Source: Candidatus Daviesbacteria bacterium
GTDB lineage: Bacteria > Patescibacteriota > Microgenomatia > Daviesbacterales > UBA10151
Length of the DNA stretch: 64,000 nt
Direction of reading: 5' to 3'
Assembly: GCA_016176465.1 (NCBI GenBank)
Contig: JACOXD010000004.1
Coordinates: 114,119 to 178,118 of the forward strand
Shown: piece by piece, positions 18,436 to 27,311 of the stretch
Position numbering within the stretch: the stretch's first letter is position 1
How the letters are laid out: every line of letters starts with the position of its first letter
Translations under genes and position numbers: made by a program
Notes under the pieces: generated by a model
The model's database searches: none
Seen by the model: the letters and a program-made list of their open reading frames with translations, nothing else
Told to the model about the DNA's origin: nothing

Positions 18436-19229
18436 AGTTTTTCCGCGTACAAAAAAGAAATATAACCTTCTTTGCTATCTTTTAATCTGACTTTGTACCA
18501 ATCAGGGATCTCCTCAAGTAAAATTAAAGTTTCACCTGATGATACCTTACTAATTTCATTACTTGTAAGGGAAGGTTTCTCTCTAACTCTTAGAAATCCG
18601 GTTGGGGTTGTTTTTATTTTAACGGACTTTGTTAAATCAACAGGGCTTGAGGTAATTGCTGTTAAATCAGCCTCAGAAATTGCCAAATCCACTTTTAAAT
18701 TTAGCGCATAACCCAAGGTTTTAGCAATTCTTATAGAGCGTTTTAAAAAATTATTATGTGATATCAAAAAAGTATGCTCGCCCTGCGCTAAATTATCGAT
18801 CTTAATCGGGGTTTTACCATAAAGTTTACCATCAATCTCTAAAGTAGCGCCTTGGGGTGTAGAGATAATAATTGCCCCTTCTCCTTCTTCTAATCCAATT
18901 ATTTCACCCGATGACTTGGCATTATTTTCATTAATCTCTCTATTAACAACAGTTAAAGTTCCAGATGTAAGTTTGACATATCCTTGCCAAGAGCCTTTAT
19001 CATTTTTAATGGTTATTAAATATTCACCAGGCGTATAATCTTCTTTTTGGAGTGGAGTTTTTCCTAATTCCTGATTATTAACTAAAACTGAAGACTCAGG
19101 TAGCGCCTCTACTCTTAATCCAGCACGGCTTTTAATACCAATAGCTTCTGTTAGTGGTTCATAGCCATACCTCACTAAAATGGCAATTAAAGCAATTAAT
19201 ACTAAAATTATAAACAAAGCTTTTTTCAT
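18432..19229 (-). CDS. Membrane-anchored protein with two PEGA domains and a C-terminal bacterial SH3 domain
   Basis: An N-terminal TM helix. PEGA-like repeats (EALPESSVLVNNQELGKTPL..., STPQGATLEIDGKLYGKTPIKIDNLAQGEHTF). A C-terminal SH3b-like region (VREKPSLTSNEISKVSSGETLILLEEIPDWYKVRL...GYIS). Confidence 0.5.
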   Translation of the reverse strand: MKKALFIILVLIALIAILVRYGYEPLTEAIGIKSRAGLRVEALPESSVLVNNQELGKTPLQKEDYTPGEYLITIKNDKGSWQGYVKLTSGTLTVVNREINENNAKSSGEIIGLEEGEGAIIISTPQGATLEIDGKLYGKTPIKIDNLAQGEHTFLISHNNFLKRSIRIAKTLGYALNLKVDLAISEADLTAITSSPVDLTKSVKIKTTPTGFLRVREKPSLTSNEISKVSSGETLILLEEIPDWYKVRLKDSKEGYISFLYAEKL

Positions 19230-19252
19230 ATAATTTTAAATTATATACTGAT

Positions 19253-19316
19253 TTGACTTCTTAAGGCTACATTTGATAAAATTAACTCTCATCCTGCCAG
19301 TCAGCAGGATTTTTTA
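19253..19316 (+). promoter_or_regulatory. Promoter-like TTGACT-N18-TAAAAT, immediately followed by a hairpin (ATCCTGC-CAGTCA-GCAGGAT) and a T6 run, upstream of the M23 peptidase gene
   Basis: -35 at 19253-19258, -10 at 19277-19282, a perfect 7-bp stem at 19291-19310, and T-run 19311-19316. A further inverted repeat TTGCCCAAGGCAA follows. Confidence 0.35.
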
Positions 19317-19383
19317 TGTTTTGCCCAAGGCAAAAAATAAAAATTGAGGATCACCTCGAAGCAGTTTGGGGGAAGGGGTTTAG

Positions 19384-20061
19384 ATGTTACTAAAACCCCC
19401 TATTATTAGATTTCCTAGGCTAGCTGATCTTTTAAGAATCCCTACCTTTTTAGCAATGGGGGGGATTTTGCTGCTTTTTTTGCTTAACTACCAACCTGCC
19501 TGGCAGTTCCCACCTGTTAAAAAAGCTAAAGTTTTAGCCCAAGCGGAGCCGGCTCAAACAATTACTGTTGCTAGCTTACCTATTGAATTTCAGCTACCCC
19601 ATCCTGGCTATTTAAGTACCCCATTTTCTTCCTATCATCCAGGGGTTGATATTGCCACGGGTTTAGGTATGCCTATTCATTCTATTGCAAAGGGAGTTGT
19701 GACTAACACTGGTTTAAATTTTTGGGGGTTAGGGTTATTTGTAGAGATTGACCATGGTTTTAATTACCGCTCTATTTACGCTCATATGGGGAAAATTTAT
19801 ATTAAAAAAAATCAAATTGTAAAGGAAACGGATTTTATTGGAGAGGTAGGTTTAACTGGATTTACCAGCGGACCACATACTCACTTAGAATTAATTAAAG
19901 AAGATAAAAAGATTGACCCACAAACTGTTTTACCTAAAATAAGGCAAAGCCCAGAGGAAGCTGACTTTAAACCAGCAGATACTAATTCCATCATTAATCC
20001 ATCTTTAACTGAAACAAAATTACCTAAAATTTTAAGCGCTAATTCTAATCTACTCCACTAA
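19384..20061 (+). CDS. M23-family metalloendopeptidase
   Basis: HPGVDIA (HxxxD) and HMGKIYIKKNQIVKETDFIGEVGLTGFTSGPHTHLE (HxH) are canonical M23 motifs. A TM or signal segment is at the N-terminus. Confidence 0.65.
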   Translation: MLLKPPIIRFPRLADLLRIPTFLAMGGILLLFLLNYQPAWQFPPVKKAKVLAQAEPAQTITVASLPIEFQLPHPGYLSTPFSSYHPGVDIATGLGMPIHSIAKGVVTNTGLNFWGLGLFVEIDHGFNYRSIYAHMGKIYIKKNQIVKETDFIGEVGLTGFTSGPHTHLELIKEDKKIDPQTVLPKIRQSPEEADFKPADTNSIINPSLTETKLPKILSANSNLLH

Positions 20062-20643
20062 TTCCCCCTCCAAAGTAGTAACAGGTCCTGTTACCCTACC
20101 ATATTGCTCTCTTTCCCTATTAATTAATCTCTCAAGTAAATTTTTGAATTCCACAGGCGAATCTACAAATTCTAAAATAATCTCATCTTTACTGGTACCC
20201 GCAGTATTAATAATGATTTTCCCATGCCTCATGATGAAACGGTCTATAAGACCTTGGTCTACCTCCATATGGGTGATCTTATCGTATAAAGCTGAAGTTA
20301 GCTTAACATTAAAAAACCCAATTTTTATAATTACTCGTCTGGTGGTGAGGATATAGCGATGAGAGTGATAGGTAAGAAGAGTTTTTAAATAGGCTATTAA
20401 AGATGCTCCTATCAATCCAATTAACAATCCATATCCTAAATTGCCTCCTAAAAAATACATCGCCCCTAAACCAAGTAAAATAAAAATAGTTCCGGGAAAT
20501 AGAAAGTAAAGTACAAACCTATGTCTTAAGTAATTGGCGCCATAGCCTGTAGCTATTACTAACTCCTCATCTTCTGCTAAAAACTTAGCAAAGGATTGTT
20601 TCTCTTTTTGAGAAGGACTGTCCTTATATTTTGGTTTTCCCAT
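20050..20643 (-). CDS. Membrane protein with a bacterial PH domain (YdbS/YdbT-like)
   Basis: Two TM helices are followed by a PH-like segment (YILTTRRVIIKIGFFNVKLTSALYDKITHMEVDQGLIDRFIMRHGKIII). Confidence 0.5.
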   Translation of the reverse strand: MGKPKYKDSPSQKEKQSFAKFLAEDEELVIATGYGANYLRHRFVLYFLFPGTIFILLGLGAMYFLGGNLGYGLLIGLIGASLIAYLKTLLTYHSHRYILTTRRVIIKIGFFNVKLTSALYDKITHMEVDQGLIDRFIMRHGKIIINTAGTSKDEIILEFVDSPVEFKNLLERLINREREQYGRVTGPVTTLEGELVE

Positions 20644-20653
20644 CTAAGATAAA

Positions 20654-21841
20654 TCATACTACAGATTGAGGATCTACCCATACTCTATCTGTTTTCAAAA
20701 GAGTGACAAGGCTTGATAAACCTTCTTCTTGAGGAATACCTCTTTTAAAAACCTCTCCTTTTTTATATAAAGTTATTTTCCCTCCACCCTCTCCTACATA
20801 ACCATAGTCAGCATCTATCATCTCCCCTGGCCCATTGACAATACAACCCATCACAGCAATATTAAGACCAGCTGGTAGGTGAGCTGTGGCATCTTGAACC
20901 TCAGTTAAAACTAATTCTAAATCAAATTTAGTTCTACCACAGGATGGACAGCCTATATATTCCGGTTTTGTACGCCTTAACCCTACAGACTGCAATAAAT
21001 CATAACAAACAGCTATCTCATTAATTGGATCCTCCGAGAGAGAAACTCTAATTGTATCTCCTAATCCTTCCATTAATAAAGTTGCTATCCCAGCGCTAGA
21101 TTTTATTCTGGCATACTGACCTTTTCCAGCCTCAGTTACTCCCAAGTGAAGTGGGTAGCTCATTCCTTCTTGATCCATTCTCACCACCATTAAGCGATTG
21201 GCGGCGATCATCACTGGAACTCTAGAGGATTTAAGGGAAATAACTAAATTATAAAAATTATTTCTTTCACAGATTCTTAGGTATTCCATGGCAGATTCAA
21301 CCATCCCCTCTGGTGTGTCACCATACATTACCAGTAATCTATTAGACAGACTGCCATGGTTGACACCTATTCGCAAGGTAGCATCATTTTCCCGACAAGC
21401 AGCTAAAACAGGGCGCAAGGAATCCTCAATTGCTTGCAATTGATCAGAAACCTCTAGGGGTGTATAATCATCCTTTTCAGCTCTACCTCTGTCCACAAAT
21501 AGCCCTGGATTAATTCTTACTTTATCCACGTAAGGTGCCGCTGCTATTGCAATTTTGCTACCCTTATGATGGACATCAGCTACTAAGCCTACTCTTAAAT
21601 TAAAACTATTTATTTTAGCTCTGATTTGAGAAAGGGGTTCAATGTCATGAAAGGTTGGAGCAGTAATTCTAATAATTTCTGCTCCCGCTCTGGCTAAATT
21701 AACTACTTGGTTAACCACAGCTTCTACATTAGCAGTTGGAGCAGTTACCATAGTTTGAACTGCAATGGGATTATCTCCACCTACTAATACCTCTCCTATT
21801 CTGACAACCCGAGTTATTCTGCGTTCAAAAAACTCTTGCAT
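20654..21841 (-). CDS. ispG: 4-hydroxy-3-methylbut-2-enyl diphosphate synthase IspG/GcpE (MEP pathway)
   Basis: A TIM-barrel N-domain (RIGVNHGSL) and a C-terminal 4Fe-4S domain with CPSCGR...GCIVNGPGE cysteines. Confidence 0.8.
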   Translation of the reverse strand: MQEFFERRITRVVRIGEVLVGGDNPIAVQTMVTAPTANVEAVVNQVVNLARAGAEIIRITAPTFHDIEPLSQIRAKINSFNLRVGLVADVHHKGSKIAIAAAPYVDKVRINPGLFVDRGRAEKDDYTPLEVSDQLQAIEDSLRPVLAACRENDATLRIGVNHGSLSNRLLVMYGDTPEGMVESAMEYLRICERNNFYNLVISLKSSRVPVMIAANRLMVVRMDQEGMSYPLHLGVTEAGKGQYARIKSSAGIATLLMEGLGDTIRVSLSEDPINEIAVCYDLLQSVGLRRTKPEYIGCPSCGRTKFDLELVLTEVQDATAHLPAGLNIAVMGCIVNGPGEMIDADYGYVGEGGGKITLYKKGEVFKRGIPQEEGLSSLVTLLKTDRVWVDPQSVV

Positions 21842-21946
21842 TAAATAATTGGTCTGATAACTATCAGAAATCCCACAATTTATTAGAGTTAGATTATTAA
21901 AACTAACTTAATTTAGGACAAAAAGACTGCTATACCCATAAAAGGC

Positions 21947-23575
21947 TTAATATTCACCCATTCCAGGCATACCTCCAGGAGGTCCGCCAGCTGGCGGAGG
22001 GGGTTCTGGTTGATCTGTTATAAGCACATTTGTTGACATTACCATGATAGCAACAGATGAAGCATTTTGCAGTGCAGTCCTGGTTACTTTAACAGGATCA
22101 ATAATTCCTGCCTTGACCAAATCTTTTAATTTTCCATCATTGACATCTATTCCTAAATTCCCTGATGCTTCTAGTACTTTAGCTAATGCTACTCCCTCAT
22201 CTAAGCCTGCATTTTGGATTAACCTTCTAAAAGGCTGTTCAATTGCTTTTTTAACTATCTCTACTCCTACTTTCTCCTCATCCAATGCAACTTTTAAAGC
22301 ATCTAATGTCTTAGCTACTCTTAGCAAAGCTATCTCTCCTCCAGCAACTATGCCTTCCTCAATAGCAGCCTTGGTTGCAGCAACAGCATCTATTACTCTT
22401 TCTTTCTTCTCCTTCATCTCAAGCTCTGTGGCAGCTCCGACATTAATCACTGCTACACCACCTGTTAGTTTAGCGAGTCTCTCTTGCAGTTTTTCTTTAT
22501 CAAATTCAGAATCAGAACTTTCAATTTCTCTCCTGATTTGAGCAATTCTAGCCTCAATTTTCCCCTTAACTCCTTTACCATCTACAATTAGAGTATTATC
22601 TTTATCCGATGTCACTCTTGCGGCTCTACCCAAATCATCAACCTCTATTGATTCAAATTTTTTACCGGTATCTTCGGAAATTACAGTTCCCCCTGTTAAA
22701 ATAGCAATATCTTCTAACATCTCTTTTCTCCTATCCCCAAACCCGGGTGCTCCAACTGCTAATACATTTATAGTTCCTCTTAATTTATTAACAATAAGCA
22801 AAGCTAATGCTTCACTTTCTACTTCATCAGCAATAATTACCAAGTTTTTAGAAACTTGGACAAATTTTTCTAAGAAAGGTACTAAATCTGAGGCAGCGGA
22901 GATTTTTTTATCAGTAATTAAAATATGTACATCCTCAATTGATGATTCCATCTTATCTGAATCAGTTACAAAATAAGGAGAAGCAAAACCTTTATCAAAC
23001 TCCATCCCTTCTTTATAATCAACGCTCAATTCTAAAGTTTTTCCCTCCTCAACTGTAATTACCCCATCTTTACCTACTTTAGCAATAGCTTCAGAAATTA
23101 ACTGCCCAATTTGGCTATCTTGAGCAGAGATAGTGGCTACTTGAGTGTATTCTTCCTGGGTAGTAAGTTTTTTACTCATTTTTCGAAGCTCTGAAACTAA
23201 AGTATTAATTGCCAGCTCAATTCCCCGCCTTAATATCATAGGATTTGCGCCTGCTTGAATATTTTTTAAGCCTTCAGAAACAATAGCTTGAGCTAAAATA
23301 GTAGCTGTAGTTGTTCCATCTCCTGCTACATCATTAGTTTTAGAAGCTGCTTCTTTAATAAGCTGAGCTCCCATATTCTCAAATGGATCTTCAAGTTCTA
23401 TCTCTTTAGCAACAGTTACTCCATCATGTACTACATTAGGAGCTCCCCATTTTTTATCCAAAGCTACATTTCTACCCTTAGGTCCTAGCGTTGAGGCCAC
23501 AGCATCTGTTAGGGTATTAATACCTTTAAGTAGTTTTTCTCTAGCGCTACTATCAAATAATAATATTTTAGCCAT
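21947..23575 (-). CDS. groEL: Chaperonin GroEL (Cpn60)
   Basis: MAKILLFD...[13 protein letters not shown]...[13 protein letters not shown]..., the apical and equatorial signatures, and a C-terminal Gly/Pro/Met-rich tail. Confidence 0.9.
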   Translation of the reverse strand: MAKILLFDSSAREKLLKGINTLTDAVASTLGPKGRNVALDKKWGAPNVVHDGVTVAKEIELEDPFENMGAQLIKEAASKTNDVAGDGTTTATILAQAIVSEGLKNIQAGANPMILRRGIELAINTLVSELRKMSKKLTTQEEYTQVATISAQDSQIGQLISEAIAKVGKDGVITVEEGKTLELSVDYKEGMEFDKGFASPYFVTDSDKMESSIEDVHILITDKKISAASDLVPFLEKFVQVSKNLVIIADEVESEALALLIVNKLRGTINVLAVGAPGFGDRRKEMLEDIAILTGGTVISEDTGKKFESIEVDDLGRAARVTSDKDNTLIVDGKGVKGKIEARIAQIRREIESSDSEFDKEKLQERLAKLTGGVAVINVGAATELEMKEKKERVIDAVAATKAAIEEGIVAGGEIALLRVAKTLDALKVALDEEKVGVEIVKKAIEQPFRRLIQNAGLDEGVALAKVLEASGNLGIDVNDGKLKDLVKAGIIDPVKVTRTALQNASSVAIMVMSTNVLITDQPEPPPPAGGPPGGMPGMGEY

Positions 23576-23578
23576 AAT

Positions 23579-24007
23579 TTATTTTTCAGAACCAGGCAGA
23601 AGGGTTTCTTCCATACTAGATTTTACATCTTGCCCTGTTCCAGCTATAGGAAATTCCCAACCGATTCCAGGATGTTTAGGTGCTCCCTCAATTTTTGGTC
23701 TTTTTCCTACTTCTGTTCCTGCAGCTGTCCTAGCTAACTCCCTCTCATCATCTAAAACTGCTTCCGGATCAGCTATTAATTTCCATCGTTCTCTTGCCTC
23801 ATCAAGTACTGGGTTTGAACCTACCACACCAACTGAATCTAATAAATCACCTATTCTTATGGCTAAACTTTTAACTAACTCATTAGCGACTCCTTCAAAC
23901 TCCAAAACACCTCCCAGTGTATTTTTTTCACCACTTCTAGCCAAAGACCAGGCCGACCTAGCAAGAGTATCAGCTGTATATGCTATATCCATCATTTGTT
24001 CATTCAT
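23579..24007 (-). CDS. Hypothetical protein inserted between groES and groEL, translationally coupled to groEL
   Basis: 142 aa with no recognisable motif. Its stop is 3 nt before the groEL start. Its GC content is higher than that of the flanks. Confidence 0.4.
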   Translation of the reverse strand: MNEQMMDIAYTADTLARSAWSLARSGEKNTLGGVLEFEGVANELVKSLAIRIGDLLDSVGVVGSNPVLDEARERWKLIADPEAVLDDERELARTAAGTEVGKRPKIEGAPKHPGIGWEFPIAGTGQDVKSSMEETLLPGSEK

Positions 24008-24100
24008 ATTTATTCTAAAACTCCCATTAAATCATCAAACAGATCCTTCGCTACTCTCAGGATGACAATTTGATTTGAGAAATTATACTCAAATTGTTAT

Positions 24101-24430
24101 CTACTCCAAAATAGCCATCAGATCGTCGAACTTAACGAGCTTGTACTCCTTTCCTCCTACTTTAATCTCATCTCCACCCCATTTTTTAAAAACTACTTTA
24201 TCTCCCACCTTAACTGGTGCAACCATTACTTTGCCATTTTCCAAAATTAAATCATCACCAACAGCTACCACCACTCCTTGAGCGGGTTTTTCTTGAGCTG
24301 ATTCTGGTAGATAGATGCCTGATGCAGTTTGAGTATCTGCAGCTGATGGCTCAATTAGAGCATATCCCATTAAGGGGCGAAGATTAACTTTAGTAGCATT
24401 ACTTGCTTTATTATTTTTTTGTTTAACCAT
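24101..24430 (-). CDS. groES: Co-chaperonin GroES (Cpn10)
   Basis: VNLRPLMGYALIEP...ASGIYLPESAQEKPAQGVVVAVG...KVGDKVVFKKWGG shows typical GroES mobile-loop and roof motifs. Confidence 0.85.
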   Translation of the reverse strand: MVKQKNNKASNATKVNLRPLMGYALIEPSAADTQTASGIYLPESAQEKPAQGVVVAVGDDLILENGKVMVAPVKVGDKVVFKKWGGDEIKVGGKEYKLVKFDDLMAILE

Positions 24431-24483
24431 TTTAAGTTCAATCCTTTGGAGCAGCGGATGATAGAGGCAGTTTTGTGCCTGAA

Positions 24484-24523
24484 TTTATACCAAAAACTAG
24501 CAGACTTTGTCAAGACCTGCTAA
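24484..24523 (-). promoter_or_regulatory. Sigma70-type promoter (TTGACA-N18-TATAAA) upstream of groES, overlapped by a CIRCE-like inverted repeat (TAGCAG-N13-CTGCTA)
   Basis: Minus strand: TTAGCAGGTCTTGACAAAGTCTGCTAGTTTTTGGTATAAAT. The -35 is the complement of 24508-24513, and the -10 is the complement of 24484-24489. The inverted-repeat arms resemble degenerate HrcA CIRCE half-sites (TTAGCACTC). Confidence 0.4.
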
Positions 24524-24602
24524 TTTTTTTACCTATTTCTTACCTTTTCTAAACCAAAAATTGATGCGCTGAATATAAACTTAAGCTTCAGAAAGGAGGA
24601 AA

Positions 24603-24755
24603 TATGTCTATCCAGGTTTTAAATATCTATTCATTTAAGCTAGGGGAGAATCCTAATAAAGAATCTATCTTAACTGAAATAAAACAAGCTTTATCTCAGG
24701 CTAAAGAAAGTTTTTTAAGTTTTCTAACATATGCATTCAAAATTGAACTGCGATA
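24603..24755 (+). CDS. Unannotated small ORF (50 aa) with a strong Shine-Dalgarno sequence
   Basis: AGAAAGGAGGAAATATG gives a perfect AAGGAGG with 6-nt spacing. The ORF reads MSIQVLNIYSFKLGENPNKESILTEIKQALSQAKESFLSFLTYAFKIELR*. It is convergent with, and overlaps by about 60 nt, the end of ORF 24696..25592. It was below the ORF-track length cut-off. Confidence 0.35.
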
Positions 24756-25592
24756 ATCCTTAGGTAAAAAGTATAGCGCTCCATTACTAATCCGCTCTAA
24801 TCCTTGAGGTTTACCCATATATCTTATCTGTAGCCATCTAGCCATAGTTTCTAAAGCTTTTAAAGTATTTTCTATTATGTATCTATTTTGGGAACTTTTT
24901 TTCTTTAGATCCAAAATAGGCAATACTTGATACTTACTACCACTACTTGTTATCCAGTTAGGTAAGTACTTAAAAGCCCAATTATTTTCTGCTAGAAAGC
25001 GAGAATATATATTGTTCTTTTGGTATAAAATCCGCATCTGTAAAACTTCATGTGCAACATAGATATCTTTATTTAACTGGACTAAATTATCTTCATCGAG
25101 TATTATATTTGTACATATCTTTCCAATAGCTTTTTTTCTAGTATACCCTTTTTTCCTTCGTAGTCCAAGCAAATTAAGTAAAAAGATTAGAAGCAATCTG
25201 GAAAACCAGACACTTTTACTAGACGTGATAATAAATAAATCAATGTCATCTTTCTTCCCGCTATTTCCAATTGCTAGTCCTCCAGATATTCCAATTAATT
25301 TTAAAGTGGGGATTAATTTTAGAAAATACAAAATTAAATTTATTTTTTTTAGATATTTTTTAGATATTTTTTCTTTTTGCAACCTTAATCTAACTATTTT
25401 TTTTCTTTTTTTTAAAAAAAAGTATTGTTTATCTTCATCTACTTTTCCTTTTTTCACTAGTTTTTGCAAAATCTTATCAATTTGTTTTAAAGTGCCTTTT
25501 TTCTCTATTAGCCACTTATGAATCTCCCAAGCTTTAAGGGGGTAATCAAAAATATCAGAATAGATTAAAGTCTTTAAAATTGCTTTCTCCAT
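24696..25592 (-). CDS. Hypothetical protein, possibly a nucleotidyltransferase-fold protein
   Basis: GISGGLAIGNSGKKDDIDLFIITS resembles the GS...D.D motif of the Pol-beta-like NTase fold. The rest is Lys-rich and unassigned. Confidence 0.35.
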   Translation of the reverse strand: MEKAILKTLIYSDIFDYPLKAWEIHKWLIEKKGTLKQIDKILQKLVKKGKVDEDKQYFFLKKRKKIVRLRLQKEKISKKYLKKINLILYFLKLIPTLKLIGISGGLAIGNSGKKDDIDLFIITSSKSVWFSRLLLIFLLNLLGLRRKKGYTRKKAIGKICTNIILDEDNLVQLNKDIYVAHEVLQMRILYQKNNIYSRFLAENNWAFKYLPNWITSSGSKYQVLPILDLKKKSSQNRYIIENTLKALETMARWLQIRYMGKPQGLERISNGALYFLPKDYRSSILNAYVRKLKKLSLA

Positions 25593-25602
25593 GAAGATAA
25601 TT

Positions 25603-25687
25603 TAACACATTATGTCATTCTGATACGTCAGTGAAGAATCTAATTAGATCCTTCTCCCCTCCGGGGGCCCGCACTAAGGATGACAAA
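25603..25687. repeat. Bipartite GC-rich hairpin element (module X, gtcattctga...gaagaatc, plus module Y, gatccttc...cccgcact.aggatgacaaa), intergenic copy upstream of murB
   Basis: Module Y at 25637-25686 is about 85% identical to 38161-38204 (inside valS) and is reverse-complementary to 60746-60783. Module X recurs at 38206-38246 and 60790-60817. A short Y-like copy is at 24043-24070. Confidence 0.6.
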
Positions 25688-25704
25688 ATGCTAAAATTGA
25701 TTTC

Positions 25705-26847
25705 ATGAATGGCTTAGATAGCAAATTCAAAGAAAAAATTGTTAAAGATTTACCCTTTTCAAATCTAACAACCTTAAAAATTGGTGGACCTATCAAGTAT
25801 TTTTTTGAAGCTAAAACTGAGGATGAGTTAATAGAAGCTGTTAAATTTGCTCAAAAAAATTCTCTTCCCTATTTAGTAATTGGTGGCGGATCTAATCTTT
25901 TGGTATCTGATAAAGGATATGATGGACTAGTTATAAAAAATTCCATAACTGGAATAGCGAGGGGTGACAGCGAGGAGAGGTCTTGGCGCGTACCCGCAGC
26001 GATCAGGCAACGACCTGAGAGTGAGGATACACGACGAGAAACCGAGCTGGCAGGACCCGGAGCAATTTTGAAGGTAAAAGGCGGGACTGTTTTACAAGAT
26101 TTAGTGGATTATTCTATAAAAAATGGTTTATCTGGTTTACAAAAGATGACTGGGATCCCAGGAACTATAGCTGGGGCAGTTTATGGAAATGCAGGTGCTT
26201 ACGGCCAAACTATTTCTGACCATATAGTAAAGGTGACCATTCTAAAACCAACAACAGGGTCATCTTTCAACTTAATTGGAGGATCCAGTCAGATAGATTC
26301 CCGCTGGAGTTTACCCCGTACCTCGATACGGGACGGGAATGACAATACTGAAATTAAGACCCTAACCAAAGACGCATGTGGATTTGATTACCGCCATAGT
26401 TCCTTTAAAGAAAACAAATCCATTATTTTAGAAGTAATTTTTGAGCTGGAACAGGGAAATCCTAAAACTTTAAAGAAAGAATCTGAAGAAATTTTAGAAA
26501 AAAGATTAGTTAAATATCCAAAAGGAATTAAATGTCCTGGTAGTTTTTTTATGAATATAGTTACTGAAAATTTGCCAAAGGATGTTTTAGAAAAAATTCC
26601 CCAAAATATGATTATGTATGGAAAAATCCCTGCAGGAGCACTTTTAGAAGAAGTTGGAGCAAAAGGAGATTCAATTGATGGAATAGAAATAGCTCCTTAT
26701 CATGCTAATTTATTTGTTAATAAAGGTGGTGGTAAGGCTGAAGATTTTTACAATTTAGCTAAAAAATATTTTCAAAAAGTTAAAGAAAAATTTGGAATTA
26801 CCCTTGAACCAGAAGTCCAATTAATTAATTTACCAGCCTTAAATTAA
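25705..26847 (+). CDS. murB: UDP-N-acetylenolpyruvoylglucosamine reductase MurB, with in-frame insertions
   Basis: An FAD-binding N-terminus (LTTLKIGGPIKYFFEAKTEDELIEAVKFAQKNSLPYLVIGGGSNLL) and a MurB C-terminal domain. A GC-rich segment of about 105 nt at 25955-26063 (ARGDSEERSWRVPAAIRQRPESEDTRRETELAGPG) interrupts conserved blocks, and it is homologous to an insert in tsaD. Confidence 0.75.
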   Translation: MNGLDSKFKEKIVKDLPFSNLTTLKIGGPIKYFFEAKTEDELIEAVKFAQKNSLPYLVIGGGSNLLVSDKGYDGLVIKNSITGIARGDSEERSWRVPAAIRQRPESEDTRRETELAGPGAILKVKGGTVLQDLVDYSIKNGLSGLQKMTGIPGTIAGAVYGNAGAYGQTISDHIVKVTILKPTTGSSFNLIGGSSQIDSRWSLPRTSIRDGNDNTEIKTLTKDACGFDYRHSSFKENKSIILEVIFELEQGNPKTLKKESEEILEKRLVKYPKGIKCPGSFFMNIVTENLPKDVLEKIPQNMIMYGKIPAGALLEEVGAKGDSIDGIEIAPYHANLFVNKGGGKAEDFYNLAKKYFQKVKEKFGITLEPEVQLINLPALN

Positions 26848-26909
26848 TTCTTTATTCTGAAGCTATTTTTGATACACTAGAATGCTATAGCTTTTTAGTG
26901 CATCACTGC

Positions 26910-27311
26910 TTAAAAATAATCAACTTCTCTTTTAGCCTGGAAGTGGGTACCATTTTTACTATTGCGAACTTTTTGTACGATTAACCAATAAGTTTTAAAA
27001 GTATTAGGATCATCTAATTTTGGCCGAGCATAGCCTGCTACTAAAATTGCTTGTTTTATCTTTAAATCTAGATTTTCTAATACGCTAAGTTGAAGTGGAC
27101 ACCCAGCTGAATGCCCAATCAAAACAGTCTCAGGAGTGTAGGTTTCTTTTAAAGCAACAGGCAGCCATTTTTTAATACCTGGGTGATTTGCATCAGGCAA
27201 TTGTGGGAGAGAAACGCTATAACCTCTTTTTTCTAATTCTTTAGTTAGCCATGGAAACCAAAAAGAATCCTTTGTCTCCCCAGTTCCATGTAGTATAACA
27301 ACATTTTTCAT
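26910..27311 (-). CDS. Small alpha/beta hydrolase (YdeN/RBBP9-like serine hydrolase)
   Basis: VVILHGTGE near the N-terminus, a GHSAGC nucleophile elbow (GxSxG), and a short alpha/beta-hydrolase fold of 133 aa. Confidence 0.5.
   Translation of the reverse strand: MKNVVILHGTGETKDSFWFPWLTKELEKRGYSVSLPQLPDANHPGIKKWLPVALKETYTPETVLIGHSAGCPLQLSVLENLDLKIKQAILVAGYARPKLDDPNTFKTYWLIVQKVRNSKNGTHFQAKREVDYF

Noticed and set aside
22044-22541. 165-aa plus-strand ORF (Ala/Ser/Thr-rich) inside groEL
   Set aside because: It is the antisense shadow of a highly conserved GroEL coding region, with low-complexity composition.
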